A stretch of 64,000 nt of DNA from Pocillopora damicornis (Eukaryota). The stretch is from positions 186,001 to 250,000 of the forward strand of contig NW_020846753.1 in the NCBI RefSeq assembly GCF_003704095.1, written 5' to 3'. A program made the translations under genes and the position numbers. The notes beneath the pieces are model-generated. The model ran no database searches. It had not been told where the DNA came from and saw nothing but the letters and a program-made list of their open reading frames with translations. Shown here piece after piece: positions 1 to 12,407 of this stretch; position 1 is the first letter of the stretch; each line of letters begins with the position of its first letter.

Positions 1-1170
1 TTTTAGGGAATTTTGTTTAACACCTGTTTTTTTGCAATTTTTCTTTGCTGACCTCATAAAATCAACTTCTTCAATTCGAATAAAAAGTAAAAGCTTGATG
101 CACTTTCAATGAGCACTTTTTGACAAGATATTGGATGCGTTGATTTCCAATCTTCTTTCATTTTCTCCTTAAAAGTTCAATCACTAATTGAGAAAAGGAA
201 AGAAAGAAAACACAAGCTCTCCTTCTTCATCAAAGTTAAGTTAAAACTCCCTTTTGGTGTCTTCAATATTAATTTGATTATTACTTGACAAAGTTAACGT
301 TATTATAAAGATCAATTATCTTGATAACACTTTTTTCCAAATTTTTTGTAATTCCGTTATGTTTATTGCTTAATATAGCTTCATTATTTTATACTCATAT
401 TTGAATATGTTTAAACCGTGAGACCAGTATAGGAAAAAAATCGATCAAAGCGGAAAGCTCCAATAGGAAAAGAACCTGCTATTGTCATACGTTTATAAGG
501 CGTTGGCACCAAATGCTTTAATGGTTTTTAAGTGATCAATGTGACTTAGTTCATCTATCTCCTGTCCTTTTTCTCCTTATTTATAATGATTGTTTATTAT
601 CCATTTTTACTTCGAAGAAAAAAATCCCGCATATTACAACGTGTAAATACTTCTGAGATTGCAGACGAGAAAGCGGTTTGTTTGTATGGCCTCTTTTCCC
701 GAGAATTAAAGCAAATGCCTCAAAGTTCGAAATATCAGGAATGAAATAGAAAAATCAAGAATCCGCAGCACAATATAACTCCTCTGGCAAATGTGACTCA
801 GATATATGAATACATTCTATTGCCTGTCGCCTTAACCTTGTCTATACGATATCTCAGGGCAGATGTCTGTTATGAGCGAAATAAAACATGAACAATGTTA
901 AGCACACAAAACCAAACGTGATCGTTTTGTTTTTTTTCTCCTAATATCAATATCCTAATATCAGTAGAAGGAAATGACAATCAAAACTATATTTTTGTGG
1001 AGCGAGTCAATACAGGCATTCCGACGTGATGTCTCCATGAAAGCACTCGCTATTGGCTGGAAAATGTGAACGTGATAATCAATATTTGACCCAAAGTATG
1101 TGGAGACATATACATCTATAATCATTCTTAAAAGGGAGCCACAGCAGTCGATTGAGTCCAACGATTCAAG

Positions 1171-4100
1171 ATGAAGAGTTCTCTTCTTTATCTAACGGTA
1201 GGTCCTTTATAGCTGTCAGCTAATTGAAAATCTTTGTGGATATTAATTTTTATCGAGTTCTTGGCGGATACCTTCAGCAAAATGGACGGTTTTTTCAAAA
1301 CATTGCAATTTGATTCTCTATATAACTAACATGCCACAGCTGCAAAAAGTATGCGATGGCAGAGCAGCGCCATAAACACAGCAAGTTGCACCTCTTCGGT
1401 AACACTGTTAGATGCATAACTCTGAGACTCCTAAAAAGTTAGTGATATAAACGTATTTATATATATAAACGTATTGTGATGCGAACGCTTCGAATAATCA
1501 TTACGAACATTTTCTTCTGCTAAATCAATTGTGGCGATATGTTTGTTAAAGAATAAACTTCTTCGTATATTCAACTGATAATCAGTTTTGCAAATATAAT
1601 ATTTTCATAAAAGACATTTCACCTTTGCGAACCTAAGGTATATATTTTGTAGTGCTAGAAATATCTGTTTCTACCGATAAAACAACACAACAAATCAAAA
1701 CTATATCTTGCCGCACTTGTTCATTGCTTAGATAGTGAGTTACCATCTCACAGTCCAAACAAGTTAAAATGCAAGATGCCCGCATAACTGAAACCTTATG
1801 GGTCGTTTACTCACTCTTCGATATTTCCAACTGCCCCAGGGTCTTTATCGTGTAAACATTGTTCTCAATCAACACATGGGAATGCCTTACATATCTGACA
1901 AAGTTTTGTAGTTGTGCACGCCACGCAGGTGATTTTGAGCGGCGACGCTTAATGAGTTCAAAGCCAATCTACAACATTTAGAAATTTTGTTCAATTAGGA
2001 AACAGTTTTTAATTCAGGCGTATACGAAGGAGACTATTTCACACTGGAGTACATCACAATACGACGAAATTATTTTAATGTCCTTTAAGGTAATAAATTT
2101 CTTTTCCCTCTGCTATCTGCTAAGGCAACATTTTCAGTTACATGCAAGAAGTCCAATATATGACCAGTATATCCTTAACTAGGGTAATGACAGAGAATCA
2201 ATTTCATCTCCCTTCTTCCTTCCTTTATGGGTATAATTTTTCTTCCTTTTGCTCTTTAATCATGCAACTTTTTTCAGTTACATGCAAGGGGTCCAATAAA
2301 TAACAAATAAATCCTCATCTAGGGTACTAACAGAGAAACATATTACTACCTTAGGTGCTGTTGATATGCATTACAGAAATTGAGTCTTTGCCAAACCCTA
2401 AAATGCTGACAGAACTTGGAAGCTTAGCAAGCTGGGAGGCCAAACAAAACTTTGGAATTGAAACCCGAGGTATTTGAAGATTTATGATTTAGTTAATCGG
2501 ACCAAAAACTTTAAAAAAAATTAAGAATTTAAGAACCGCTCCACTCAAGTTCATCCAAGTTTGTCGTTGTTTTTTCGCGAGGGAACTTGTTAGTGCTGTA
2601 GGTGAAGCATATAGACAAGGGTCTGGCATTAGCGACGGCAACAGTCTCAAAGAAAACCAATTGCTTAACTTCACAACTCATCAACATCTCAGTTTTCAAG
2701 ACCAGACGTTAAGTGCCTGAATTAGCTAAAAACTCTTTACCTCACCCTGATGATGAAATATGACTCCTGCAAAAGTTGCTAGAACGTCAAACCTCACTGC
2801 CACCAGCGACAGTCCTTTTCAAAACTTTTCTCAGTCGCATGATCAGATTATATAATCAACTCTTTAGAGCTTGAATTAAAAGTAAGTGGGTAAGGTGTGT
2901 GCTCGAGCCAGGTGGCCCGCTCATCCAGCCCGAGCCCAGCCCGGTTTCCATCGCATGAAGTGAATAGCAGCATTTGTAATTAGTACTTCTCCCCGGATGG
3001 CATACCAGTGCATCGCAAAGTTCNNNNNNNNNNCTTCCCCCTGCATATCATTTCACCAGGCTTTCCTGAAAAGAGGAAGTCAAAAGTACAGCCCTTCAAT
3101 TTTTTCCTTTAGTTTGCCTTTATGTTTAGGTTTTCTTTTCTTGCTTTTTTGTTTGAGTATTGTTTTTTTCTTATTTGTTGTTTCTTTTTTCCGTGTTGTT
3201 GCTTCCGTTGTTCTTCTTGTTCTTGATTTCAGTCAAAATTACGACGGCAGTATTCATCCAGATTTTCTATCCTTACTTAATGAATAAAATTATTCCTTAA
3301 GACTATTTTGTAGTACGATAGGATCACGGGCAAATCTTGCTAGACGCGAAATAATCGTGGAGTAAAGCACTTTTTTGTCTCACTCCTATTCAGGGCCTCG
3401 TCTTTCGGTCAGTAGAGGCGCCTAACTAACAAATTTAAATCCCTTTTCTGCAATTGCTAAAATTGCAGTCCACCCACCAGGATCATCTTCTTTCTTGATT
3501 AAAGCTTCCTGGCTAGAATCAATCATTGATTTGTATATTTCTTTTGATAGAGTCCAATCTGATGTGCGCCGCTTGCGTGGATAATTCTTGTTCTAATGAA
3601 CGCGTGGACAACTGTGATCCAGGATTTTCCTGTGTGACTATAAATACGGTTGATAATCAAAATCAGCCAGGCCTTCTTAAGTTTTGTTTCGCGACAATTT
3701 TTTGCTCTGGAAACACTTTATGCAATTCGCGTAACGATACCTTGGAAGGAAACCTGACATCTTGTATGTTAGAATGTTGCTCTACCAATTTATGCAATGC
3801 AGCAGTTACGCCGACCACAATGACCGAAGGACCGAACACTACTACATCAACAACCACAGAGGCTCCGACCACCACCGAGGCACCTACGACCACTGAGGCG
3901 CCGACGACGACAGAGGCACCAACGACCACCGAGGCGCCGACGACGACATCGGCACCAACGACTACCGCCGCACCTACCACACCCGCACCGACAATGATTA
4001 CAATTACACCAGGTGACTAAAATCTCTAAGTACAGCTTTTACCCAAACAGGACGTTTATCAGTTACCTTTCGAGTAAGAAAATTCATTTAAGTAAGAGAA

Positions 4101-5037
4101 AGGAAAGAGAGGGCGAGATCAACCAACAACATAGATCTAATTAAGCAAAAAAAAAAAAATGGGCATGAGTAATTTCTGTTTTCCTAATTCATACTTTAAA
4201 GTGTGCATAAGTAACGTGAAGATCTACAGGGCCACGTACAAATTTTGCAGATGCTGAGAAAATAATTTTTTGAGTATAAAGTAAAGATTTCGTAATGTCG
4301 ACGTTATGCTTTTGAAAATGTCGCTGAAATTGCTATTTATAGAATCATTAACGGAATTAGTGTCATTCGTCAACGGTCAGTTGAAAGAAAGAAAAATGGA
4401 AAACAGACACGCGGAAAGGAAAAAGCTTATCGTGATTAGGAATAATTTTTCAGGCATGGAGCCACTGATTAGCATTCATATCAAAACATCAGAAACGGTG
4501 AAAATCTCTTACAATTAAAAATGTCTATACATGTTTGTTCACAGGCCAAACTGTAGTCCTTAGATCGCCTGGTTACCCTGACAGTTATCCACCTGACACC
4601 ACCAGAACCTGGGATCTTGGTACTCTTGGAGAACACCGTTATCTTAGACTAGAGTTTCGGAGGTTCGACCTTGGACCAGGGTAAGCGTTTTGTGTGTGTA
4701 TATCATTATTATCATCATTATAATTTCTTTATCACAACCAACAGCATGAATATACGCCCGTCAACTGATGGCTGTTCTTCTATGAAGCAATAATGGACCA
4801 TTCGAGTATGGTAACTTTTCTATACCCAATCGGGATAAAAATATGTGGTCTGAATGGAAAATTTTGTTTGAAAAACTTACATCAGTAGAGTGCTAAACAT
4901 GGTTTTATACAAATGTTTGTTTATTTATAAATTATAATTCTTTTGCAGGGATACCTTAACTTTCGAGCAAGGGGGCCGAGAACTTTTAAGCCTAAATGGT
5001 GATTCCCGACTTAAGCGGTCCAAATATGGGTGTAGCA

Positions 5038-5068
<31 letters not shown>

Positions 5069-5568
5069 CGATGATGAAGTTGCTGGCCCTAATTCTCCTT
5101 ATGGTTTTTCCCAATTTGAAAAAATTGAATTAAATGATTTGGAGAAAGCCTATGACGAATACTTCTCATCCATTTATCCAAGGGCGCCGAGAAATAGATT
5201 TGAACACATTTGTGGATCTCAAAGTAATGAACCCATAATAGTTACATTTACTTCCGATAGCAATGATGGCCAGAACGGAGGATTTTATCTCAAAGTCACG
5301 AATAAAAAACGTAAGAATTTAAGGTTTATTTTTTAATTAATTAATTTTATCGATGAGTTGATAGATCCTTGTCGTATCTAATCTGTATCAAACCAGAAGC
5401 CATAACTAAACTTATAGGCCACCATTTTCAGTGTATCTAAACATGTCAAAACCAAGGGATAATGATCACAATTTGATCATCTGGAACCAATGCTAAACCT
5501 ATCCGGCATCTACTAACCCAATGCCGTTTTATCAATTTTCAGGTCGTGAAGACGACGACGATCGTTGA
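1171..5568 (+). CDS. Gene A: secreted LU(three-finger)-mucin-CUB protein with Asp-rich insert in a single degenerate CUB (~375 aa)
   Basis: Exons 1171-1197 (MKSSLLYLT), 2355-2469 (VLLICITEIES-LPNP...), 3551-4012 (12-Cys LU ending CCSTNLCN + TTTEAP repeats), 4545-4680 (LRSPGYPDSYPP..W), 4949-5310 (RLKR..C..D12..FTSDS..GF) and 5543-5568 (RREDDDDR*). All are GT-AG, total 1128 nt, open frame. Confidence 0.85.
2131..2340. repeat. Local ~141-bp-period tandem duplication in gene A intron 1
   Basis: TTTTCAGTTACATGCAAG..GTCCAATA..CTAGGGTA..ACAGAGAA occurs at 2131 and again at 2272. Confidence 0.7.
3853..3990 (+). repeat. 18-bp coding repeat (TTTEAP x5 + variants), mucin stalk
   Basis: Protein-level repeat with diverged synonymous codons. 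Confidence 0.9.
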
Positions 5569-6921
5569 TGATTCCTACTAAGCTTTTCCCTTACCTATTT
5601 CTGATACGTTTTAAAGAGGTCTATCTTTTTAGTCCGATAGACAGCAAGTTGTACTGTAACTCGCACTGAGATTTCCCTAATATTGTAATAAGCTTTGCTT
5701 GATTGTCCAGAGAGCGAAAAGACCGTAAAAAGCAAGAGGATATAAGCACAATCATATTATCTTGTGACAAGATATGTATTGATTCATGTATTTGAGGCTA
5801 AACCTAGCTTTCTTACAAACGTTTGTCTCTCGTTCCTTGTTTTGTTTATGTCCCTTTAAACGATTAGAAGACATACACTGACAGATGCAATAAATTGTGA
5901 TTTGCAAAAGTAACGGGTTCAATGATGTAAAACGAAACATAGCAAAAATTATGAGCGCTTGAGGGAGAAGGGAAGGGGGAAGGAAGGAGAAAGGAAGAGG
6001 GATTGGGGAGTTATAGTCGGTATCCTGCTTTAGTCTCTCAGCCTGACATTACTGCAAGATTCTGGTGTGTGATCAATTATCTCTTTACCATTTGTTCCAT
6101 CAAAGACTTGAGAATGAAACTGAGAGCCTTGCAACTGACAGAATTAAATAAACTTCGATGATATTGGTAGTCAAATCTGAATTATTCAAATCCAAATATA
6201 TTACAAAATAACAGCGATATAATAGGTATTATAATGCTACCTTGAGTAACACAGAATGCATACCTTCAAACACCTCACAAGCCCTCTTAGCTTGTTCGTC
6301 TTCTATTTCTTCGGCTGCATCCTTTATTGGTTATTTCTTTCACTGGGGCAACTTGTCCATCGAAGAGATGCCTTTGAACTCAAGGGTATAATACACGCAG
6401 AAAAACAGAGGCTGAATCGTAGATTGCAATTTAGCATCAGTGACAATATGCTGGTGAGAAATTACCTCTCAGAAATAGTCTGCTAACTGAAGTGTGCATC
6501 GCCCTCGGCAACATACGATTCATCAAGGTTGTCGTTAGTTTAATTATTCATTTCTCATTAGCGCCGCTGTAAGTTGCCTTTTTATTACTCATTTGAGTTT
6601 GAATACAATGCACGTTACATCTCTACTGTGCCCTTTTTCTTTCAACAATTTTACAAGAAGGGTGGTATCTATTTCCAGATTGAAAACTTTGACAGTAAAT
6701 CTCGCACGTCGCGTAAATCTCATATGCAAGAAAACTGGATAAAAGTTGTTTTTTTCACATTAGTTCAACATATATTGTCAACAACATGTAGGAAGAGAAA
6801 CTTTTGAAGGTCACATAAAAGCGAACAAAGAACAACCGATATTTAAGGGCAGAGACATAAACATCGAGAGAAATCTTATCACGTCATTGATCAAAAGTGT
6901 TCGTTCTACAGGCATCACTGA

Positions 6922-9900
6922 TCACTTTCCTTCCACTGGACCTGAAAAGAAAACGCATGAGTCAAGTTGAAGTTTGTGGAGGAAATAATGCGATGTTACG
7001 CTTGCTTTGATTAGTCAGAGCCAATCCAAAGGTCATGTTTTGGGAGGTCATGTGATCACCCCAATAAACCAATAGAAATTTCTTTGTATTTCATTAATAC
7101 TAGAACAGTATTTAAACCCTGCCATTCTTTCTGTTGTCGTCAACTTCATCTTCATTTTTCCTTACAATTTTTTAGCAACTGCTAAATACATGATTTAATT
7201 CATAGAAAAGGTCTTTTGGTTTCGCAGCGTATCAAAAGACCCAAGCAATGGACAATGCTCGGTTTTGTACCACGTATTTTCTCAGATACTGTCCATAGTT
7301 AGGGGGGGGGGGCAAGAAAGTTGGGCTCAATATACTCTCAGTAGGCAAGAAGTCCAAAACCAACCTTTCCAAAGTAATTGCCGAGTCAATTATTTACTCC
7401 TATTTTGCTAAAAATAAAGAAAAGGAAATTAAACCCACCAGCGTCCTCCCCTCAATAAACTATTGCAGCCATATTGGTTCTAATGTTTTACAATCAGCGC
7501 TGCCTTTTTGTGCATAATTTTCTTATTCTTATTTGTACCTTCAGAATATCAAGAACGAAGAGCACGTTACCTCGTACAACTCGATAAGTGGCATCAAATC
7601 CTTTGAAGGTGATTATCTTGTCGGACTTGAAATTAACCGATATCTGTTCGCCATTTCCCAGGATGTAAACTCGAGGCAGGAATGGAAAACCATAAAATCT
7701 TGTCATTCCGAATCCAAAACGGAATTTTTTCTTCCAGTCTTCATCGTCATCGTCGTCGCCATCGTCATCATCATCGTCGTCATCTTCACAATCATCGTCT
7801 AAGAAATCGTCGTGTCTCCCTGTAAACCACGAATAAGCCCCGTATATGCCACTTAAACTACGTATCTCTCGAAAGCCACGGAGAATCTTGACGTGATCAA
7901 AACTGCAAGAAAAAAATGTAACTACCGATACAAAAGGGGAAAAAGCTTTTGCTAACAGCTATAAGATATGCTGAACTGAAAGCTGATGACAACAATCAGC
8001 AAAGTTTTCAACACACAACCCTTAATCACAATTCGACTTTCTAAGTAATTTTTATGAAACGAGATTACATTACCCAGAATTTTATTCACTCTTTTGCTTT
8101 CGAAATTTAGATAAAAGAGGAAAATTGACGCACTCACCCAAACGATAAAAGCGTGGAACCTTGATACGATTTGACTGTAAAGTTTTCGATTTAACCTCTA
8201 GTTCAGCCAGGTTACGTTAAACAAACACGAAGGGAAATAGAACCATACTTACAATATGTCGCTCATAAGAAAATGACGATACAAGGATACAAAGCCTTTT
8301 TGCTTATTGTTGCCAATGTAAATAAAGTTTACCTCTTTTAAAGAAGTATTGAAAAGATTAAGGTTTTATTTTCTCCTTTGCTAGGGTCTAAATAGTTCTT
8401 GTTTGAAATTTTTTAAGAGTAACTTTTTTCCTTTTGTTTCCAAACCTTGAACTGAAACAGAAACATTCGCTTTAACTAATAACAAAAGCCGCATCACTTC
8501 ACATGGATGGTTTCTATTAGCTCCCTTCTCTACAACTTGATGAAGAACAGTCGACTCACCACCGCTCAGTTTCAAAGGCCCGAAAATTTAAAACCAATGT
8601 GGATCCAAGAGGAACTCTGATAGTCCATCTACATTCAACATCGTTCGGATAATTTGCTGGAAAACCGGGAGAGGTAATGTTCCCGGATGCTGGAGCCAAA
8701 GGACCGCCACAAAGGGCTAAAAGAGAGAATAGATTGTTAGGTCAAGGAGATTCAGGAGATTAAAAGTCAATATGTTATAACAAACCTCTACATCCTAAAA
8801 TAAGTACTCATACTCTTCATACAGTTCCCAATAAATTTCCTAGGGTGTTTACAAGGAAAATTTGTTCAACAACCTTCTTTTGTTAGAGATCATTTCCTTT
8901 ATTCTTGTGACAATAAAGTCGGATCTACGCGATATTGTTCACGTATCGTTATTATAGGTCAAAAAGTTAGCAGCAGATATCCATTGAGCCCGTTGATAAT
9001 AAGACTAAGGATAGCTGCATCTTTATTGAATCGGATGATATCTTGATTTGATTAATGTGCGCACGTGTCTTACCTTTCCCCATAGTGTAGTGGGCAAAGA
9101 ATCCTCTCCTTGTCACCCATGGATCGGATTTGAACACAATTCTCACGGGTTCCCCATTACCATGAACAGAGACGACTTTCGCTTTTCTGTCTGCTCTCAG
9201 AGGCTCGGCAAACATGTAATTTCTTTTTCCATTTTTATCGTTGTCGTCATCGTAGTCGTCGTCGTCATCATCATCATCGTCATCACACTCGTCATCATCG
9301 TTATCATCGTTTTTATCCTTGAAATATTTATCGTCCTCAGATTCTCCTCCTCGTGTCAGACGACGGATCAGCCTCCTTCCCTGATAGACTTTAACCAAAT
9401 CATAGCTGCAATAAAATGATCAATAATGATGATGATAATGACAATGATAATGACAATGATCAATAATAATGATCAATAAAAAATGATCATTGTCAGGATA
9501 ACAATAATAATGATTATAGCGACCACTAAAGCAACAAATGCACAAGCAGGCAAAGCACAAATCCATTGCCTCAAAAAATTTCAAATTTCAAGAGAGCGCA
9601 ATATTGCAACCCCTTCGACGCTCTATAACCTCAGTGATAATGCAAAGAAGAAAAAAAAAGCTGACAAAGAAAAAAAGGCTTAAAAAAAACCTGAGGTGTT
9701 TACCAAAAAAAATTTTAACTTACCAAGGTTCTGTTTCAAAGAAGAGAAAGTCAATCCTGAATTGTGAGCCCGGAGGCACTGTTACGGTCCACACACAATA
9801 AGCGTTGCTGGGGTAGTTACCAGGGTAATTAGGAGATGCTAAGTTCCCGGATGGGCCCACTAAAGCACCGCCGCATTGCCCTGGTGCCACTGAGAAATTT

Positions 9901-12318
9901 AAAGAAGATTTGAACGTTAATAAGAGGAATAACATATTTTCCCATTCAGCAAACAATCTCATAATTTACAAAATATATTATTCTGAGAGTGTATCATTAC
10001 TCCTGATAAATGATCAGTTTTGATCGAGTTAACTGGCTCAATCCTGTAATGGAAGACACAGGACACTTCACAACTAAAACACAACTTCATGAACCTATTG
10101 TTTTCATTGTTTTCCTTATTGTTTCATAGTTTTGTATTTTTGTTCTCTTTTGTTTTACGTCAACTGTATCTTCCACACTATGGATTCATGGATTCTAGCT
10201 TGGATTTTAGGTCCCTGAACCTTTCTAAAACCTTCGCAGCCTATGTTAAGCTTTTTTTGTTGATAACCAGTGGAGAAATGAGTATTGTGAAAAGCCATTA
10301 ACTGTACTGGATTTTTTAACGTAACATGCCCAGCGACATTTGTGCGATTCATAAAATCACCCCACAGCTTCACCTGGTTTAGGAGGCGGTCTCGTGGTTG
10401 GACTAGGAAAAGGTAATGACTGTGTCACTGTAATGCATGCCAGCACTAACTACGGAAAAAAAAAAGATAATTGATTATTGCTACCCCACACTGTTTGTCA
10501 GAGACAATATGATATATCACTTTATATTGTAATTTTAACCAGGCCAGTGGTCTAATATCCCAGTTATCACTGATGTCAACAATTCTGGGAAGACGAATAT
10601 TGGCTCACTTACGTGTTCGTTTCGTATATTAAGTTATTCTGCGCATGGCAGTTAGAAGTTTTTTAATAGAAATTCAATACAGTCCAAGAGTCTCTAGGTC
10701 CTATAGCAACGTGCTGAATCCAATCTTTTTCGCGCAAAGGGTTAAGTGAGCGACTAAAAGACCAGAATGAGAAGAATTTTCACGGACGAAGTTTTAAAAG
10801 CAGTTGATGTTCAGCTCACGTACATCACACCGACGCCTGTTAGGGAAGGATTTCACCAACCATCTTGTTCTTCTGTTTCATTGTAATAAGTAATCAATAC
10901 CGTATTGTTTTCAATTTTGAAAGCTATCCTCAATATGTCTTTAAGTTATCTGAAGGCTTTTGCTTTCGACAGCAATTTCAGTTCACTGGGCAATACGAAA
11001 CATTGTATGATGGTCAACACCGTGGATGGTCAACACCGTGGATGGTGAACACCGTGGATGGTGAACACCGTGGATGGTGAACACCGTGGAAGGATCTTGT
11101 AATTACTCCGACATTCCAATCTATTCAAGTTGTTTTATCTTCATATCCTTATGCTGACACGTTAAATTTCTCAGGCTAAATTATCCTTTCTTGAAGTCAA
11201 GAGGCCAAAAAATATAAGGAAAGGTAAAAATCAACGAATATTGAAGGGGATTGATCAGTCACTCTATAGGTCTAAAAACAAATATTAAGCTTTCTCATGT
11301 GGATGGAAACTTTAGGGTCTTTTTGAAAGCTTACGTTGTTAATTATACGCTGGAGAAACCAATGAATTACCGGCGCCTTTTAGTTCCTGTGAGAAGTAAT
11401 TATGCTTTAGGGAAGACTACTAGTTAAGTTCTCTCAAAGGTGAGATACTTTGAATTATATGTTTAATTAAAGCAACTTTGTTTTAAGCGTGTGTTAAGAT
11501 ACGGTAACACTGTAGTATTTCGCTCAGAATGGCAACGCAAAATGTTCATTATCTCACACACATCGGCTTCATATAATCAGTCAAATATCGCTCTCTCTCT
11601 CTCTTTTTTTTTTTTTTTTTTCACTTATACTTTTGAAAGTAAAACGGTTATATTGCGAACCTGTCCATTTTTATTTTTTTTTAGTCTTGGCGTTGTACAG
11701 TTGTAACAATTCAACTTTGAACTAACATACTGGGGTATGACATTGATTGGCGATGCATGTTTGAATTTTATGATGTTTACTACGGAAAATGGGGAGCTAA
11801 TACTGTGTTGTGATAGGTTCAAAACAATCAGTGATTGTTCAAACTACAAACAATCAGGCACTCTAAAGCTGAGCTGATTAGAATAATTTATTTATAAAAA
11901 TGCCTAAAAGGCGCAATTCTGCGTAAGAACTAATATCTTCAGAGAGACACGTCCTGAACTCCCCCGCTTATCTCGCTTTAAATTGTTTCTTTTCTGATTA
12001 GTAACTGCTATTTCTGTGATGATGCTCCAAACGGGACAACAACTTAAATTGAGAGCTTCATGAAGTAAAACAACTCTGAATGTAGGTTCCTATGGGATAT
12101 ATTATAATAGTAGCAGCAGCGAGTTATCCTTACTAAAAGACGGTTTACCTCTACACCAATGTTTGCTCAACGTTATCCTTTATCCACCTAAAGCTAATTG
12201 ACAACTGGGAATTCGTGAGAAATGTTTACGAGCAACACTTCCAAAGTTCCTCAAAAACAATCGGAGAGAAATAATATATTTTAAGGCTTACCGTCAGTGC
12301 AGTTGGGGGAGCCTTCAT
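6922..12318 (-). CDS. Gene B: secreted 2xCUB protein with Asp-rich inserts, no LU exon (~369 aa)
   Basis: Minus-strand exons 12318-12292 (MKAPPTALT), 10449-10374 (LVLACITVTQS-LPFPSPTTRPPPKP), 9889-9724 (CGG..SPNYPGNYPSNAYCVW), 9405-9074, 8716-8560 (CGG..SPGFPANYPNDVECRW), 7902-7571 and 6941-6922 (GPVEGK*). Total 1110 nt, open frame. Confidence 0.87.
11009..11088. repeat. 16-bp minisatellite x5 (GATGGT[C/G]AACACCGTG) in gene B intron 1
   Basis: Five head-to-tail copies with no spacers. Confidence 0.95.
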
Positions 12319-12385
12319 TTTTGCTTGACAACTTGCTACGGTTCCTTGTTTACTCAGTTTTCTAAAATTTGCCAATTAACTTGCG

Positions 12386-12407
12386 TTTTATATGCTCAAC
12401 AACCAAT
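12386..12407 (-). promoter_or_regulatory. TATA box and CCAAT element upstream of gene B
   Basis: ATATAAAA on the minus strand ~70 bp upstream of the ATG, and CCAAT at 12403-12407. Confidence 0.5.

Noticed and set aside
3663-3980. Hydrophobic VVVGAS repeat ORF on the minus strand (likewise Val/Ile-rich ORFs 7533-7802 and 9048-9419, and poly-Met/Thr 28144-28332)
   Set aside because: These are antisense or off-frame readings of Thr and Asp repeats in real exons.
11009-11088. Short direct repeats resembling a CRISPR array
   Set aside because: The repeats are head-to-tail with no spacers, lie in a eukaryotic intron, and have no cas genes nearby. This is a minisatellite.
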